Made by a program: the position numbers and the translations under genes. Under the pieces are notes generated by a model. That model saw nothing but the letters and a program-made list of their open reading frames with translations, was not told the DNA's origin and did not search any database. A stretch of 64,000 nucleotides of DNA, from NCBI GenBank assembly GCA_025594325.1, contig JANHCV010000001.1:3100001-3164000 (forward strand), given 5' to 3'. Source of the stretch: Blastocladiella emersonii ATCC 22665. Taxonomy: Eukaryota > Fungi > Blastocladiomycota. Shown here in pieces: positions 46,549-56,942 of the stretch (position 1 is the first letter of the stretch; each line of letters starts with the position of its first letter).

Positions 46549-48880
46549 TCAGACAGCAGCGGAGCACAAGGGCCGCGTCGCTGGTTGAGCAGAAGTCCAC
46601 GGTGAGGCGAGCGGGGTCTGTGGTGGTGAACAAGTCCGCGGAGCAGTAGACGAGCTGGAAGTGGTGCTCGCGGGCAAGGAAATAGCCGCTTGCGCCTTGG
46701 ACGTCGGCGCAGTGGAGCCTGTACCTGAGATCGGAAGCAGGTCCACGTCCATTGAATCGCGTTGTAACGTTGGCGGATTCAGAGTGAGCGCTTGGTCATG
46801 GGCTGCTCGGAGGGTCAAAAACAGACGCAGGTATTCATTGCGGAGCGGCGAGCGGTCAGGCAAGTAGTAAGGGTCCAACTTCATCAAATCAATCGAGTCG
46901 AGGACATGAGCATGTCGCGCCAGAAGCCAGCGAGTGCGAGTGGGAAGAATGTCCTCGGGGATGAGAGCAGAGTAACCCAGGCGCGACCTTGCGCTGAGCT
47001 TGTTAATGACGGCGATGGCGAGGTTATACAGAGTATCCACGACAAAGTCGACCTGGTGATCAAGGAGCCGCACCTTTGACATGCGCTTCAACTTGCCAGC
47101 AATGATTTGAGGAAATTTCAGTCGCGCACCTGGAGGCGGCTTCGCATTGAACGAACTCTCGATGAAAGCACGACCGGGACCCAAGTCCATGTCAAAGATC
47201 GGTGAGCAAACGTTGGAACAATCGTGAGATGGCGAGTTGCAGCAGAAGCCAAATTTGGGCTTCTCCTTGCGATGCCCGCCAAACTTACGCAACATGTACT
47301 CCCGTTAGCGTTGAGGACGGGAAACGGGGACCTTGGCGACGGTCGTCGAATCGTCGCTATTGGAATCTGGCCCGCCGGTCCGCGTGCGCTTTGCTGGGCT
47401 AGCTTCAATGCGAGCGGCCATGGACGCACACTTGTCCAAGGCGCGAGAGACACGGAAGCGCTGATCGACATCCTTTGGCGGGTCTTTTTTGCGTTTGGGC
47501 GACCAATAAAGCTGGATCACCTCGGCAGGTTTACCATCACGACCAGCGCGGCCATGAACCTGGACCATTTCCTCGCCCAAGGTCGGGTTGCCGATTGAGA
47601 GTACGACGCGAATGTTGTCCAGGTTGACACCCTACATCGCGTTTGGGGCGTATCAATCAATGTTGGGTCGATTGTGCACATGAGCGCGGCAAGTGTACAT
47701 ACGGTCCCAAAGGCATGCGAAGCAAAGAGAACCACGGGACGAGTCTGTGGATCACTTGTCATGCGATCGTACGTGCGCTTCTGATGCGCCGAGGTGTGCA
47801 CTCCGTGATAGACAGCGATGAATTTCTTGGCCTTCCCGTCGTTGAGTTTCCGCATGACATGGTAGAAGCAATTGACGAGATCTGGCGTGTAAGCGTATAC
47901 AAGGACTCGGGGCGCGTGCGCAACATTTTCCGGCCGCAGCGAAGCGATGAAGCGCCGCAACCACTCGTACAGCTAAACGGTCTCGTTGGTTAGTACGTGT
48001 CCTTCTCACAAGGGCCACGCGGAAGGCGACGTACGCCCGAATTAGGGTCGCGCATCATCTTCACTTGAGCCGCTTTGATGAAGCGGTAGAAGAGTTCAGG
48101 GCGGTCAAGCGGGCCGCGGATGCGTGTATATGGCGCGTGTCTTAGACCCAGAACCTGGTCCACGAGCAGATGCTCAAGTTCGGAACCGAGTGTTGCGGTC
48201 ATGGCAAGGACAGCGGCTCCAGAAAAGAGAGTCAAAGCGTGAGCGAGATGAGAGCACTGTTTCCGGAAAGTTGAACCAGCCGACCCCCTAGCGATCGCGG
48301 GACAGGGGAAGAGGTCACACATCGGCTGGTAGAACACATCGTCCGGGAAAAAAATCAATCAGGGGACGTACCACTTCGCGATCAGGTGGGCCTCATCAAG
48401 AACAATCGCGCTGACCTTGGGTGCGCGATCCAGTCGATGCCAGTTGCTGTGAAAGTGGTCGGCGAAATGTTCGGGCGTCATGAAGACGAGCTGAATCGCG
48501 CCCTCGGCGAGAGCGGTCATGTGCTCCTGGCGCTCCTTCTCAGTCGCATCCGACGACAAGGAGCAGCACTTGACGCCCTTCTCCTTGGCCTGGCGCACCT
48601 GGTCAAAGAGCAGGGCTCGGTACGGCGAGAACACGATAACGAGCATGCCGGGGCGCAGAAGGGTCATGGCGAAGAAGAGCATCGACTTTCCGTAGCCCGT
48701 GCGAGCAGTGAAGATCACTTTCTTTCCGTCCATGAGCTCAGAGAGCACCAGGAACTGGTCCGGGTGCAGCGACGCCACGCCAAACGTGGCACCGGCCCTT
48801 GAAATGCCCTCTCGGCGCATAATAGCTCGCTCGTCGGCCGACGGATCAGTTGCATCAGGTGCCATGGTCTGGTCGGACAT
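46549..48880 (-). CDS. RecQ-like SF2 helicase of the AcademH element; multi-exon, possibly disrupted
   Basis: Motif I ARTGYGKS, Ia VFSPYRALLFDQ, II IVLDEAH, W|GSAGSTFR, III AMTATL, V ASHAFGT|GVNL, VI QVHGRAGRDG; Cys cluster FCCNSPSHDCSNVC; in-frame TAA at 47305-47307. Confidence 0.85.
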
Positions 48881-49531
48881 GTGTGGGGAGATTGGGGGTG
48901 CCGAAGTCGCTGGGAAGTCAGTGAACGCCACTGCGCGAGGCGCGCCGTGACGCGACCATGCGAGGCGTCGTTCATGGCATGCTGGATCACAACTTCGATC
49001 AGGAACTCGACATGACGACTGTGGTGATTGAGAGACGTTGGAGACCACTTGGCGGTCATCGTGGACACGGTCAGCTGTGAACCTGACCTGCTTGTCCCGT
49101 CTCGCATTGGTTCAACCAACGCTGCAGCACCAGCAAGCACTCAAATAACACTTTTGACGACACAGATCTGCAGCCAAGTAACTTTCTTAGCGATTCTAGG
49201 AACTCAACTGGGTCCGAGTTCACCCAGGGATGAACGATAGCACGAACTGCCCGCGTCGGACAGGCGTCGCCGCGGTCGTGCTCCGCACCGTATTCTCAAC
49301 TCTTTTCGCGATTACCTGCTCGCAGGCGACAGGACAGTGACAGATCAAGTTCATGGTTTTCATTTAAGCTGAATTTCACGCGATGAACCCGCTCTGCGCA
49401 TGCAGTACAGCCGTACAAAGCTTGTCCCACCCTGTTACCCCAGAATGACAGTTTTTACGAGTTTCTTACTACCATCATGTTCAGCCCGTTGAGCTCTATC
49501 AGAAACCGTCGAGAACTCGGAAATCGACCAA

Positions 49532-50189
49532 GTGGCACGGTCGGCGGGTCGCCCGCAAGTCAGTCGCGGTGACGCGCTCCGACCCGACCTTTCGCGGACC
49601 ATACCCAACTCCCCACCGAGCGCACTCACTGCAAACTAGTACAGGGGTCTCCTGCAACACAATACAGCACATCCAGCTCGTTTGAGCGAGGTCACCACTT
49701 GGTGCCCGACCTCCACAGGCGCGCCGAGTCGATGCTCACCCCTTCTCGCCATCCCGTGGGCCGTCACATTTCAAATTGGTACCAGCGTGTAGCCTGGGAG
49801 AAGCGCTTTCGAATGTGCCCGGTCCGAGGCCAAACGGGCCATGGAGGTGCCGGTGCGACGTCGGCGCGGATCGGCCGAGGACCCGGACCCCCGCCGAGGC
49901 GGGACCCACCTCTCCAGCGTGATCGGTGCGGATTTACGGGGCCGAACCTGTACGAGCGGTTAGAGCGTGTAAAATCATGTCCATCGTCTGAGTCGACCGA
50001 GGCAACTTTTATTACGAGCGGGGGAGTAACGCGGCGCGAACGATTATCCGCGCGAAATACGTGGCGGGAGGGGTGGGGGTGAAACTAGATTCCAGACTCG
50101 TTTCCACGGTCAGCCCGAGCGCCACTTTGACGCGTTTGGCAGGTCCAACGGCGCGCCACACGTGGGAACGAATCTGTGCACCGAGGCTA
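49532..50189 (-). repeat. Right terminal inverted repeat (about 660 bp, imperfect)
   Basis: Reverse-complement blocks matching the left TIR; ends ..gcaccgaggcta followed by the TSD. Confidence 0.8.
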
Positions 50190-50374
50190 GCGCCACAGCG
50201 GAACGCGCGTTTTGGCGCCGATGGGCGTGGCGGCGACGGCGCGTGCCCGCGAGGATCCCTGCAACACCACCCACCACCGCTTGATTACGAGCTCACCAAA
50301 GGCCCAGTCCCGCTGCAACGGAAACGCCCGGCACGCACTGCCCGCAACCGCCCACGGATCGAGTGCCCTCCACC

Positions 50375-53300
50375 ATGTCGTCGTACGCGGCCGGGTTCGC
50401 GTCGCGCAGGCGCCCGCCCACCGCCGCGCCCGGCGGCCCAAACCTCCCGCCCCGCCCGCCCGCCCCCGCCGGCGTTGTCCCGCGCCCCGCTGTCGTCGGT
50501 GGCCCCGCCGCGACCATCGCGCCGGCCGTCGCAACGCCGCCGCCCGCCGCTGCTGTCTCGCTCCCGCCGGCCTCGCACACGACGTCGATCCCGGCCCCTG
50601 CCCTTGCACCACCCGCCCCTGCCCCGGGCGTCGATGTCGGCGCCATCTTCTCGACGCTCGCCCAGATGTTCGGCGCGCAGCAGGCCCAGGCCGCCGTCTC
50701 GCAGGCCTCGGCGACGAGCGACGCGGACCTCTCGGCCGGCCCGTCTCAGTCCGCGACCCCGACCCCGGCCTCCTCCTCCATGTCGACGAGCGCGCAGACG
50801 TCCAACCTGCAGCAGCTCCGCCTGCAGCTCCTCCAGCAGCAGCGCGCGGACAAGGCCGGCCCGGCTCTAGTTCCGGCCACGGTGCCCGCCTCGGCCGGGC
50901 TCGTCAACAACGGCGTGCCTGCGTCGTCGTCGCAGCCCCTTGATGCCGCCAAGAGCACCGCTCCCGCTGCATCGAGACCGACGCGCCGCATGTCGTCGGT
51001 CGCGGATGGCGCTTCGTCGACTACCGCGGGTCGCCCGCTGCCCGATCCCGACGCCATGGATGTCGTCCAGCCCGACGAGGACTCGCCCCGCGACGCGTCC
51101 GACCACGCCAGCCGCCCGCTGTCGTCGTACTCGCAGCAGCAGCCGTGCCAGTGCAACGGCCGCCTCGTCTCGCTCGCTGCCGTCGACCAGGTCGCCCGCT
51201 TCCCGCTGCCCAAGCTCTCGTTCCGCACCCACGCCGTGCGCGGCTGGCTCGCCACCTTTGAGCGCGTGTGCCGCCTCCACGACGTGCACCCCGTCGACAT
51301 GCCGCGCGCCCTCTTTGCCCACGTCGAGCCCGAACTCGCCGCCTGGCTCGTCGTGCTCCCGCTGCCCGAGGACGACCTCGGCAACCCGGCCGTCGCGCAG
51401 GACGAGCTGTGGGACGCCCACTACAAGCAGGCCATCCTCTCGCGCCTCGCCGTCGCGCCCGCCGACGAGCAGCTCCTCGTCGACAGCAACCTGCGCGCCA
51501 TGCGTCAGGACGCCCGCCCGATCTGGGAGTACCTGTCGGTGTGGGAGACCACCGTCCTCGCCCTCCAGCTCGCCGGCAGCGAAGTCTACATTGACGACTA
51601 CCTCCCGACCTTCTACCAGTCGCTAGACCCCAGCACCCGCGCCGCCCTCGGGGCGCGCCAGTACTCGACCGTCGATGCTCTCGTCGCTGACTGCCGACTC
51701 GTTGAGCTCGGCCTCCTCCGCGCTCCCGCCGACGCGTCCGCTGCTGCTGCGGCGACGATCCTCGGTGGTGCTGCACGCGCGCTTCCCCCGCCGCCGGTGC
51801 CGGCCCCTGCTCTGGCTCCGGCCCCTGCCGCAGCTGCCCCGCCGGCCGCACCTGCGCCTGCTGCAGCGATCCTCGCCTCGCCCGTTGCGACTCTGGCGCG
51901 CCAGACTTCGGGCACCGCCGACGTCGTCATAGTCGACGATGACGACGATGAGCCCGAGCCTGAGCCCATCCCCGCCTCCGCCGTTCCTGCTGCGGCAAAT
52001 CGGCCTCCTTCGCCGCGGCGCACCCCTGCGCGCTCGGTCTCGGTCACGCACGCCTCATCGTCTGTGGGCCGCGCCAGCTCGCCGCCCGCTCCCGCGCCCG
52101 GCCGCGCCAACAGCACGCCCGTGTCGATGCTCGCGGGCGCCGACCAGATCCCGCGCTCGTCCTCGCCGGCCGTCGATGCCGCGCTCGCGCCCAACCCCAG
52201 CAGCCGCGCCGCGTCCGCGAGCGCGTTCGCCTCGCCCGCGGTCGGTACCACCAAACCGCCGGCGCTGCCCAGCTCGCCCGTCAAGGCTGCCGCCGACTCC
52301 ACGGCCATGGCCTCGGACCTGGCCGCCCGCAAGAGCGAGGAGCCCGCGGCCGCCCTGGCGTCGACGGGGTTCAGCTTCATCGGCGCCGCGCGCCGCCGCC
52401 AGCAGGGTCTCGACCCGATCGTCCCCGTCATCGGCGCCGTCACCATGGCTGCCGTGCACACGCCGCCCGCCATCGAGCTGATCCCGGCGCCCACGTTCGG
52501 TATCGTCACGACTCCGGCCGCGGCTCCCGTACCCTCGGCGGTGGCCGTCTCGAACAACAACATGGACGTGGACCAGAGCCCCGTCGTCGGCGGCAACTCG
52601 AACGCGGGCTCGCGGCTGGGCTCGGGCGGGGGCGGGAACAACGATGATGATGACGACGACGCAAACTACGTGACCGAAGACGAGAGCGACTCCCGCGCCG
52701 CGCCTGGGACTACGCGCGAGTCGTCGACGTTCTCGCAGCACGCCAACGGCGGGCCCGTCAACACCGCCAACTCGGCGGCGGATGCGCTGCGGTCCAACAC
52801 GGCCTCGAAGGCCGCCGGGTCCACCACCTCGTCGTCGACTACCTCGCCGTCGCAGCCGGCCGCGGCGGACCGCAAGTGCCGTGTGCGCGTGGTCGACGAC
52901 TCGCTCCTGCGCGAGCACCGCGGGCCGCACCTGTGGGAGTTCACGACGGACGCGGCGCGCGAGTGGTGCGTGTCGTACGACGCGGACGCGGCGGGCCTGC
53001 GCACGCTGCTGCAGTCGATTGCCAAGTCGCTCGACGCCAACTTCGACATGGTGCGGTTCTGGGTCATGGTGCGGCGGTCGCCCGACAACCCGGACTCGCC
53101 GTACCTGCCGCGCCACCACACGGTGGTGCGCCCGCTCGACCTCAAGGGCTCGCTCGCCGCGCTCGGTAACCGGATCGGGTTCGACCTGGTCCCTGCCACC
53201 ACCACGGGGAACGGCCAGCCCGTCGTTGACATGTTCATGTACGCCGAGGTGCGCACCAGCGCCATGCCCGCGTTCCCGGCCATCCCCAAGTCGCTGCGCC

Positions 53301-53830
53301 CGTCGGACGAGTGGGGCGCCGACTCGGCGCTGCTGTTCGTCAAGTTGACGGACCCCAAGGCGCCTGGCGCGTCGACCCCGACCTCGGGTGGCGCCAGCGG
53401 CAGCACGGGGCTCCAGCGGTTCCTCGGCCATATCAACGTGCGCCGCGCCGACCGCGTCGCCGTGTCGCTCGCCGCCATCAACGAGCTCGTCGCGGCCGCC
53501 GGCACCGGCGCGTCGCCGCCGTTCCAGTACTTCCGCGAGGGCGCGCGCAGCCCGCCGCTCGCCACCAGCAAGACGTGGGCTGACCTCGGGTTCGTCACGG
53601 GCGACGTTCTCCTGGTTTCGGCCATCACGGCGCGTACCGCGAGTCCCGCGGCGGCAGCGGCCAAGGGACAGAACGGCAACAACGGCGGCAACAAGAACAA
53701 CGGCAACAACGGCGGCAACAAGAACAACGGCAGCAGCAGCAACGACATTACCAGCCGGCTCGGCAACGGCGGCGGGAACCAGCCGCCGGCCAAGCGGAAG
53801 CGGTCCAACAACTACAGCAGCAACAACTAG
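50375..53830 (+). CDS. Intronless ~1150-aa chimeric protein: Ty3/gypsy Gag-capsid-like domain (~51200-51720) plus USP7 C-terminal Ubl1-2-like domain (~52870-53620), separated by P/A/S-rich linkers
   Basis: Gag-like: GWLATFERVCRLH..LAAWL..LWDAHYKQAILSRL..LRAMRQDARPIWEYLSVW..FYQSLDPSTRAAL..YSTVDALVADCRLVE. USP7-like: VRVVDDSLLREHRGPHLWEF..VRFWVMVRR..TVVRP..MFMYAEV..ALLFVKLTDPK..FLGHINV..GDVLLV. Confidence 0.72.
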   Translation: MSSYAAGFASRRRPPTAAPGGPNLPPRPPAPAGVVPRPAVVGGPAATIAPAVATPPPAAAVSLPPASHTTSIPAPALAPPAPAPGVDVGAIFSTLAQMFGAQQAQAAVSQASATSDADLSAGPSQSATPTPASSSMSTSAQTSNLQQLRLQLLQQQRADKAGPALVPATVPASAGLVNNGVPASSSQPLDAAKSTAPAASRPTRRMSSVADGASSTTAGRPLPDPDAMDVVQPDEDSPRDASDHASRPLSSYSQQQPCQCNGRLVSLAAVDQVARFPLPKLSFRTHAVRGWLATFERVCRLHDVHPVDMPRALFAHVEPELAAWLVVLPLPEDDLGNPAVAQDELWDAHYKQAILSRLAVAPADEQLLVDSNLRAMRQDARPIWEYLSVWETTVLALQLAGSEVYIDDYLPTFYQSLDPSTRAALGARQYSTVDALVADCRLVELGLLRAPADASAAAAATILGGAARALPPPPVPAPALAPAPAAAAPPAAPAPAAAILASPVATLARQTSGTADVVIVDDDDDEPEPEPIPASAVPAAANRPPSPRRTPARSVSVTHASSSVGRASSPPAPAPGRANSTPVSMLAGADQIPRSSSPAVDAALAPNPSSRAASASAFASPAVGTTKPPALPSSPVKAAADSTAMASDLAARKSEEPAAALASTGFSFIGAARRRQQGLDPIVPVIGAVTMAAVHTPPAIELIPAPTFGIVTTPAAAPVPSAVAVSNNNMDVDQSPVVGGNSNAGSRLGSGGGGNNDDDDDDANYVTEDESDSRAAPGTTRESSTFSQHANGGPVNTANSAADALRSNTASKAAGSTTSSSTTSPSQPAAADRKCRVRVVDDSLLREHRGPHLWEFTTDAAREWCVSYDADAAGLRTLLQSIAKSLDANFDMVRFWVMVRRSPDNPDSPYLPRHHTVVRPLDLKGSLAALGNRIGFDLVPATTTGNGQPVVDMFMYAEVRTSAMPAFPAIPKSLRPSDEWGADSALLFVKLTDPKAPGASTPTSGGASGSTGLQRFLGHINVRRADRVAVSLAAINELVAAAGTGASPPFQYFREGARSPPLATSKTWADLGFVTGDVLLVSAITARTASPAAAAAKGQNGNNGGNKNNGNNGGNKNNGSSSNDITSRLGNGGGNQPPAKRKRSNNYSSNN
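53672..53731 (+). repeat. 27-bp coding tandem repeat (NGNNGGNKN x2)
   Basis: aacggcaacaacggcggcaacaagaac repeated exactly twice, plus a partial copy. Confidence 0.9.
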
Positions 53831-54019
53831 CTTGTGGGTATCATTATATTGCATCGCATACATGGATCTTTCTGCAGAGCACTCGCCGTCTCCTGAGTGT
53901 GGCCGCGTCCACGCCAACAGGCAAACGATAGGAGATGAGAACGTTGTATATGAACAATCCCGCGCACACGCGCTCCTCGCGGGCTCGACACGGCCGCAAA
54001 CACGCGCGAGCGAGTGCGG

Positions 54020-55377
54020 CTACGCGTAGTACTGGAGGACCGTCTTCTTCTTGGCCTGCACCTCCTGGATGCCCTCCATGAAGTCCTCGTGCTCGATGGT
54101 GGTGGCGCCGCGGCGGAGGGCGAACATGCCGGCCTCGACGCACACGGCCTTGCACTGGGCGCCGTTGAACTCGTCGCATGACCGGGCAATCTCGTCGTAG
54201 TTGACGTCCTTGGACACGGTCATCTTGCGCGAGTGGATCTGCAGGATGCGGGCGCGCGCCTCCTCGTTCGGGTGCGGGAACTCGATCTTGCGGTCGAGGC
54301 GGCCCGACCGCAGCAGCGCCGGGTCGAGGATGTCGATGCGGTTGGTGGCGGCAATCACCTTGATCTGGTCGTCGGACGAGAAGCCGTCGAGCTGGTTGAG
54401 CAGCTCGAGCATGGTGCGCTGCACCTCGCGGTCGCCCGACTTTTCCGAGTTGAAGCGCTTGGTGCCGACCGCGTCGATCTCGTCAATGAAGATGATGGCG
54501 GGCTGCTTCTCCTTGGCCAGCGCAAACGCGTCGCGCACCAGCTTAGCGCCGTCGCCGATGAACATCTGCACCAGCTGCGGGCCCGCCAGCTTCAGGTAGC
54601 ACGAGTTGGTCTGCGCAGCGCACGCGCGGGCCAGCTAAAAGTAAATCGATTGTTAGCGTTACTGCTCCGGAATCTCCCCGCTCGTGGTCGACGACGTGCC
54701 AGTGTCTTGCCGGTCCCGGGAGGCCCGTACATGAGGACGCCCTTGGGCGGCTTGATGCCGAGGTTCTTGAAGCGGTCGGCGTGGGTCATGGGCAGCACGA
54801 TGGCCTCGACGAGCTCCTCGATCTGCTTGTCGAGGCCGCCAATGTCGCCGTAGTCCTCGGTGGGCTTCTCGTCGACCTCCATGGCCTTGACGCGGGCGTC
54901 GTACTCGGCGGGCAGCTTCTCGAGGATCAGGTACGAGTCCTTGTTGACGCCGACGAGGTCGGCGGGCTTGAGGTCGGCCGAGTCGACGAGGCCGACCATG
55001 GGCAGGAAGATGGTCTGGCGCGTCGAGGTCTTGACGACGGCGCAGCGGCCCTTGCGGGCGGCGTCGAGGTCCTTGTTGGCGCCGTCCTCCTCCTCCTCGT
55101 CGTCGGGGTTGATGTCGAGCAGCTCGACGACGTTGCCGACGAGGTACGGCAGCTGCTTGTTGAGCTTGATCTTCTCCTTGTTGTCCTTGATCTGCTCGCG
55201 CATGTGGGTCTGCTCGTGCTGCAGGCGCTTGAGCTCGGACTGCATGACCTTGACCTCGTTCTCGAGCATGCGCGTGCGCGACACGATGTCGTCGGTCGTC
55301 GACCGCAGAATGTCCTGGCCGAGGTCGTCGGCGATCTCCTCGTCGGTCCAGATGGTCTTGTCCTCGAGCGTTGCCAT
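54020..55377 (-). CDS. RPT5: 26S proteasome AAA-ATPase Rpt5 (PSMC3); one GC-AG intron at 54635-54699
   Basis: [10 protein letters not shown]; [38 protein letters not shown]; GPPGTGKTL|LARACAAQT; [17 protein letters not shown]; KTVLQYYA*. Confidence 0.97.
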
Positions 55378-55721
55378 GGTGGTGGTGTTACGTTGCAGGT
55401 ACTGCGTCGGGATCTGCTCCCCGGCGATGGAGGCGCGCGAAGATGAGGGCGGCTCGCGGCCCGGCACGCGTCGGGCGCCAGCAGCGAGGTGAACGTCGCG
55501 CGCGGGAACGTCAGCACGGCGCGCGGGCGGACGGGCGCGGCACAGCCGTCACCTGACGCTGGCTGACGCCGCTTTTCACCCCGCCGGCGCAAAACACACT
55601 CTGATCACCGCCGATTCACCGCGGCCGGCTGCACCACCGTCAGACAGCGCGAGCAGCGCACCCCATGCATCTGTGACCCGGCGCAACGATCTCCCCGTCC
55701 GCCGCGCTTCCGACCCCAAAA

Positions 55722-56693
55722 ATGCTGGCCCGCTCCGCCCTCCGCAGCACCCTGCGCCGGGCCTACTCGGCGGTGGCCGCTGACGCCGCGCCAGCAGCAG
55801 CCTCGTCGTTCCCCGTGCCGCTGCCGCGCGACGACCTGCCGCTGCCGTCGTCGCTGTTCGATCCGCACGCGCCGACGCCGGCCGACTCGCGCATGGTCGA
55901 GCACTACGAGGCGACGCTGGCGAGCGACCTGCTGTACCTGACGTACAACCACAAGGACCCGGCCAAGCCCGAGCGGTTGCCGCAGAACAAGTACGTGCCG
56001 GGCCTGAACGCGCACAACGCCGCGTACAAGAAGCACGAGACCCCGCGCTACCTCGACACGGCCATGCGCAAGCCCGCGCCCGCCCGCACCGCCGCCAACC
56101 AGCCCGCGCTCGAGTCCATCACCGTCCACACCTTCCTCGAGGCCGCCATCGAGAACAAGTTTGTCCTGCTCAACGCCATGGCCCAGCTCGAGGCCATCAC
56201 GGGCAAGCACCCGCTCGTCGTCCGGTCCAAGTCCAACGTGGCCCTGTGGAAGCTGCGCGCGGGCATGCCCGTCGGCGCCAAGGTCGAGCTCACGGGCGAC
56301 GACATGTACCACTTCCTCGACAAGTTTGTCGAGCTGGTCCTGCCGCGCCTCAAGAACTGGTACGGCATCAGCGCCACGGCGGGCGACGGCACGGGCAACA
56401 TCAAGCTCGGCTTCGAGCCCAAGGTCATGTCCTACTTCCCCGAGATCGAGCAGACCTTTGACCGGTACCCGTTCATGTGCGGCTTCGACCTCGTCTTCCG
56501 CACCACCGCCTACTCGGACTGGGAGGCCCGCCTCCTCCTCTCGGGCTTCCAGATCCCCATCGAGAACGCCGCCTCCAAGGCCAAGCGCGAAAAGTACTTC
56601 AAGAAGGACGACGGCGCCGACCCGAACGAGCCCGAATGGATGAAGTTCAAGCGCGCCCGCGAGGCCGCCGCCGCCAAGAAGGGCAAGAAGTAA
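55722..56693 (+). CDS. MRPL7: Mitochondrial large ribosomal subunit protein uL5m; intronless
   Basis: HYEATLASDLLYLTY; LEAITGKHP..VALWKLRAGMPVGAKVELTG..FLDKFVELVLPR; GFDLVFRTTA..ARLLLSGFQIP. Confidence 0.92.
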   Translation: MLARSALRSTLRRAYSAVAADAAPAAASSFPVPLPRDDLPLPSSLFDPHAPTPADSRMVEHYEATLASDLLYLTYNHKDPAKPERLPQNKYVPGLNAHNAAYKKHETPRYLDTAMRKPAPARTAANQPALESITVHTFLEAAIENKFVLLNAMAQLEAITGKHPLVVRSKSNVALWKLRAGMPVGAKVELTGDDMYHFLDKFVELVLPRLKNWYGISATAGDGTGNIKLGFEPKVMSYFPEIEQTFDRYPFMCGFDLVFRTTAYSDWEARLLLSGFQIPIENAASKAKREKYFKKDDGADPNEPEWMKFKRAREAAAAKKGKK

Positions 56694-56942
56694 ACCGCTT
56701 CGTGCGCCGTGTTCATTGTCGTCTCCCCCACACCTGTTTTTGTCGTTCAGTTGCTCTCTACACACTCCATAGTCGCCACACTCACCTGTCTCGCGCGAAG
56801 CGCGCGCGTGTCTCACGAGCGATCGTCGGTCACCTGAGCTCAACGTGAGGCGCGACGCGTCGTGCCTCGAGTCGCGTCCGCGCTGTTTCCACGCTCCTCA
56901 AACCAGTCCTCTCCTCTTCCTCGATCAGCGCTCAACGCAACC

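Larger units (their letters stand above)
41343..50189. mobile_element. AcademH-type DNA transposon, 8,847 bp
   Basis: Ends TAGTCTCGGTGC.. / ..GCACCGAGGCTA; perfect 9-bp TSD GCGCCACAG at 41334-41342 and 50190-50198; long imperfect TIRs; convergent DUF6589 transposase and RecQ-like helicase; visibly lower GC than the flanking genes. Confidence 0.9.

Noticed and set aside
41886-49638. Inner inverted-repeat ends (tcgttgca.. / ..tgcaaacta) as the transposon termini
   Set aside because: There is no TSD there; inverted similarity continues outward to 41343/50189, where a perfect 9-bp TSD exists
41858-50021. Short direct repeat ggcaactt..gagcgg at ~41858 and ~50001 as LTR-like ends
   Set aside because: It is only ~20 bp, imperfect and internal to the TIRs; no LTR structure is present
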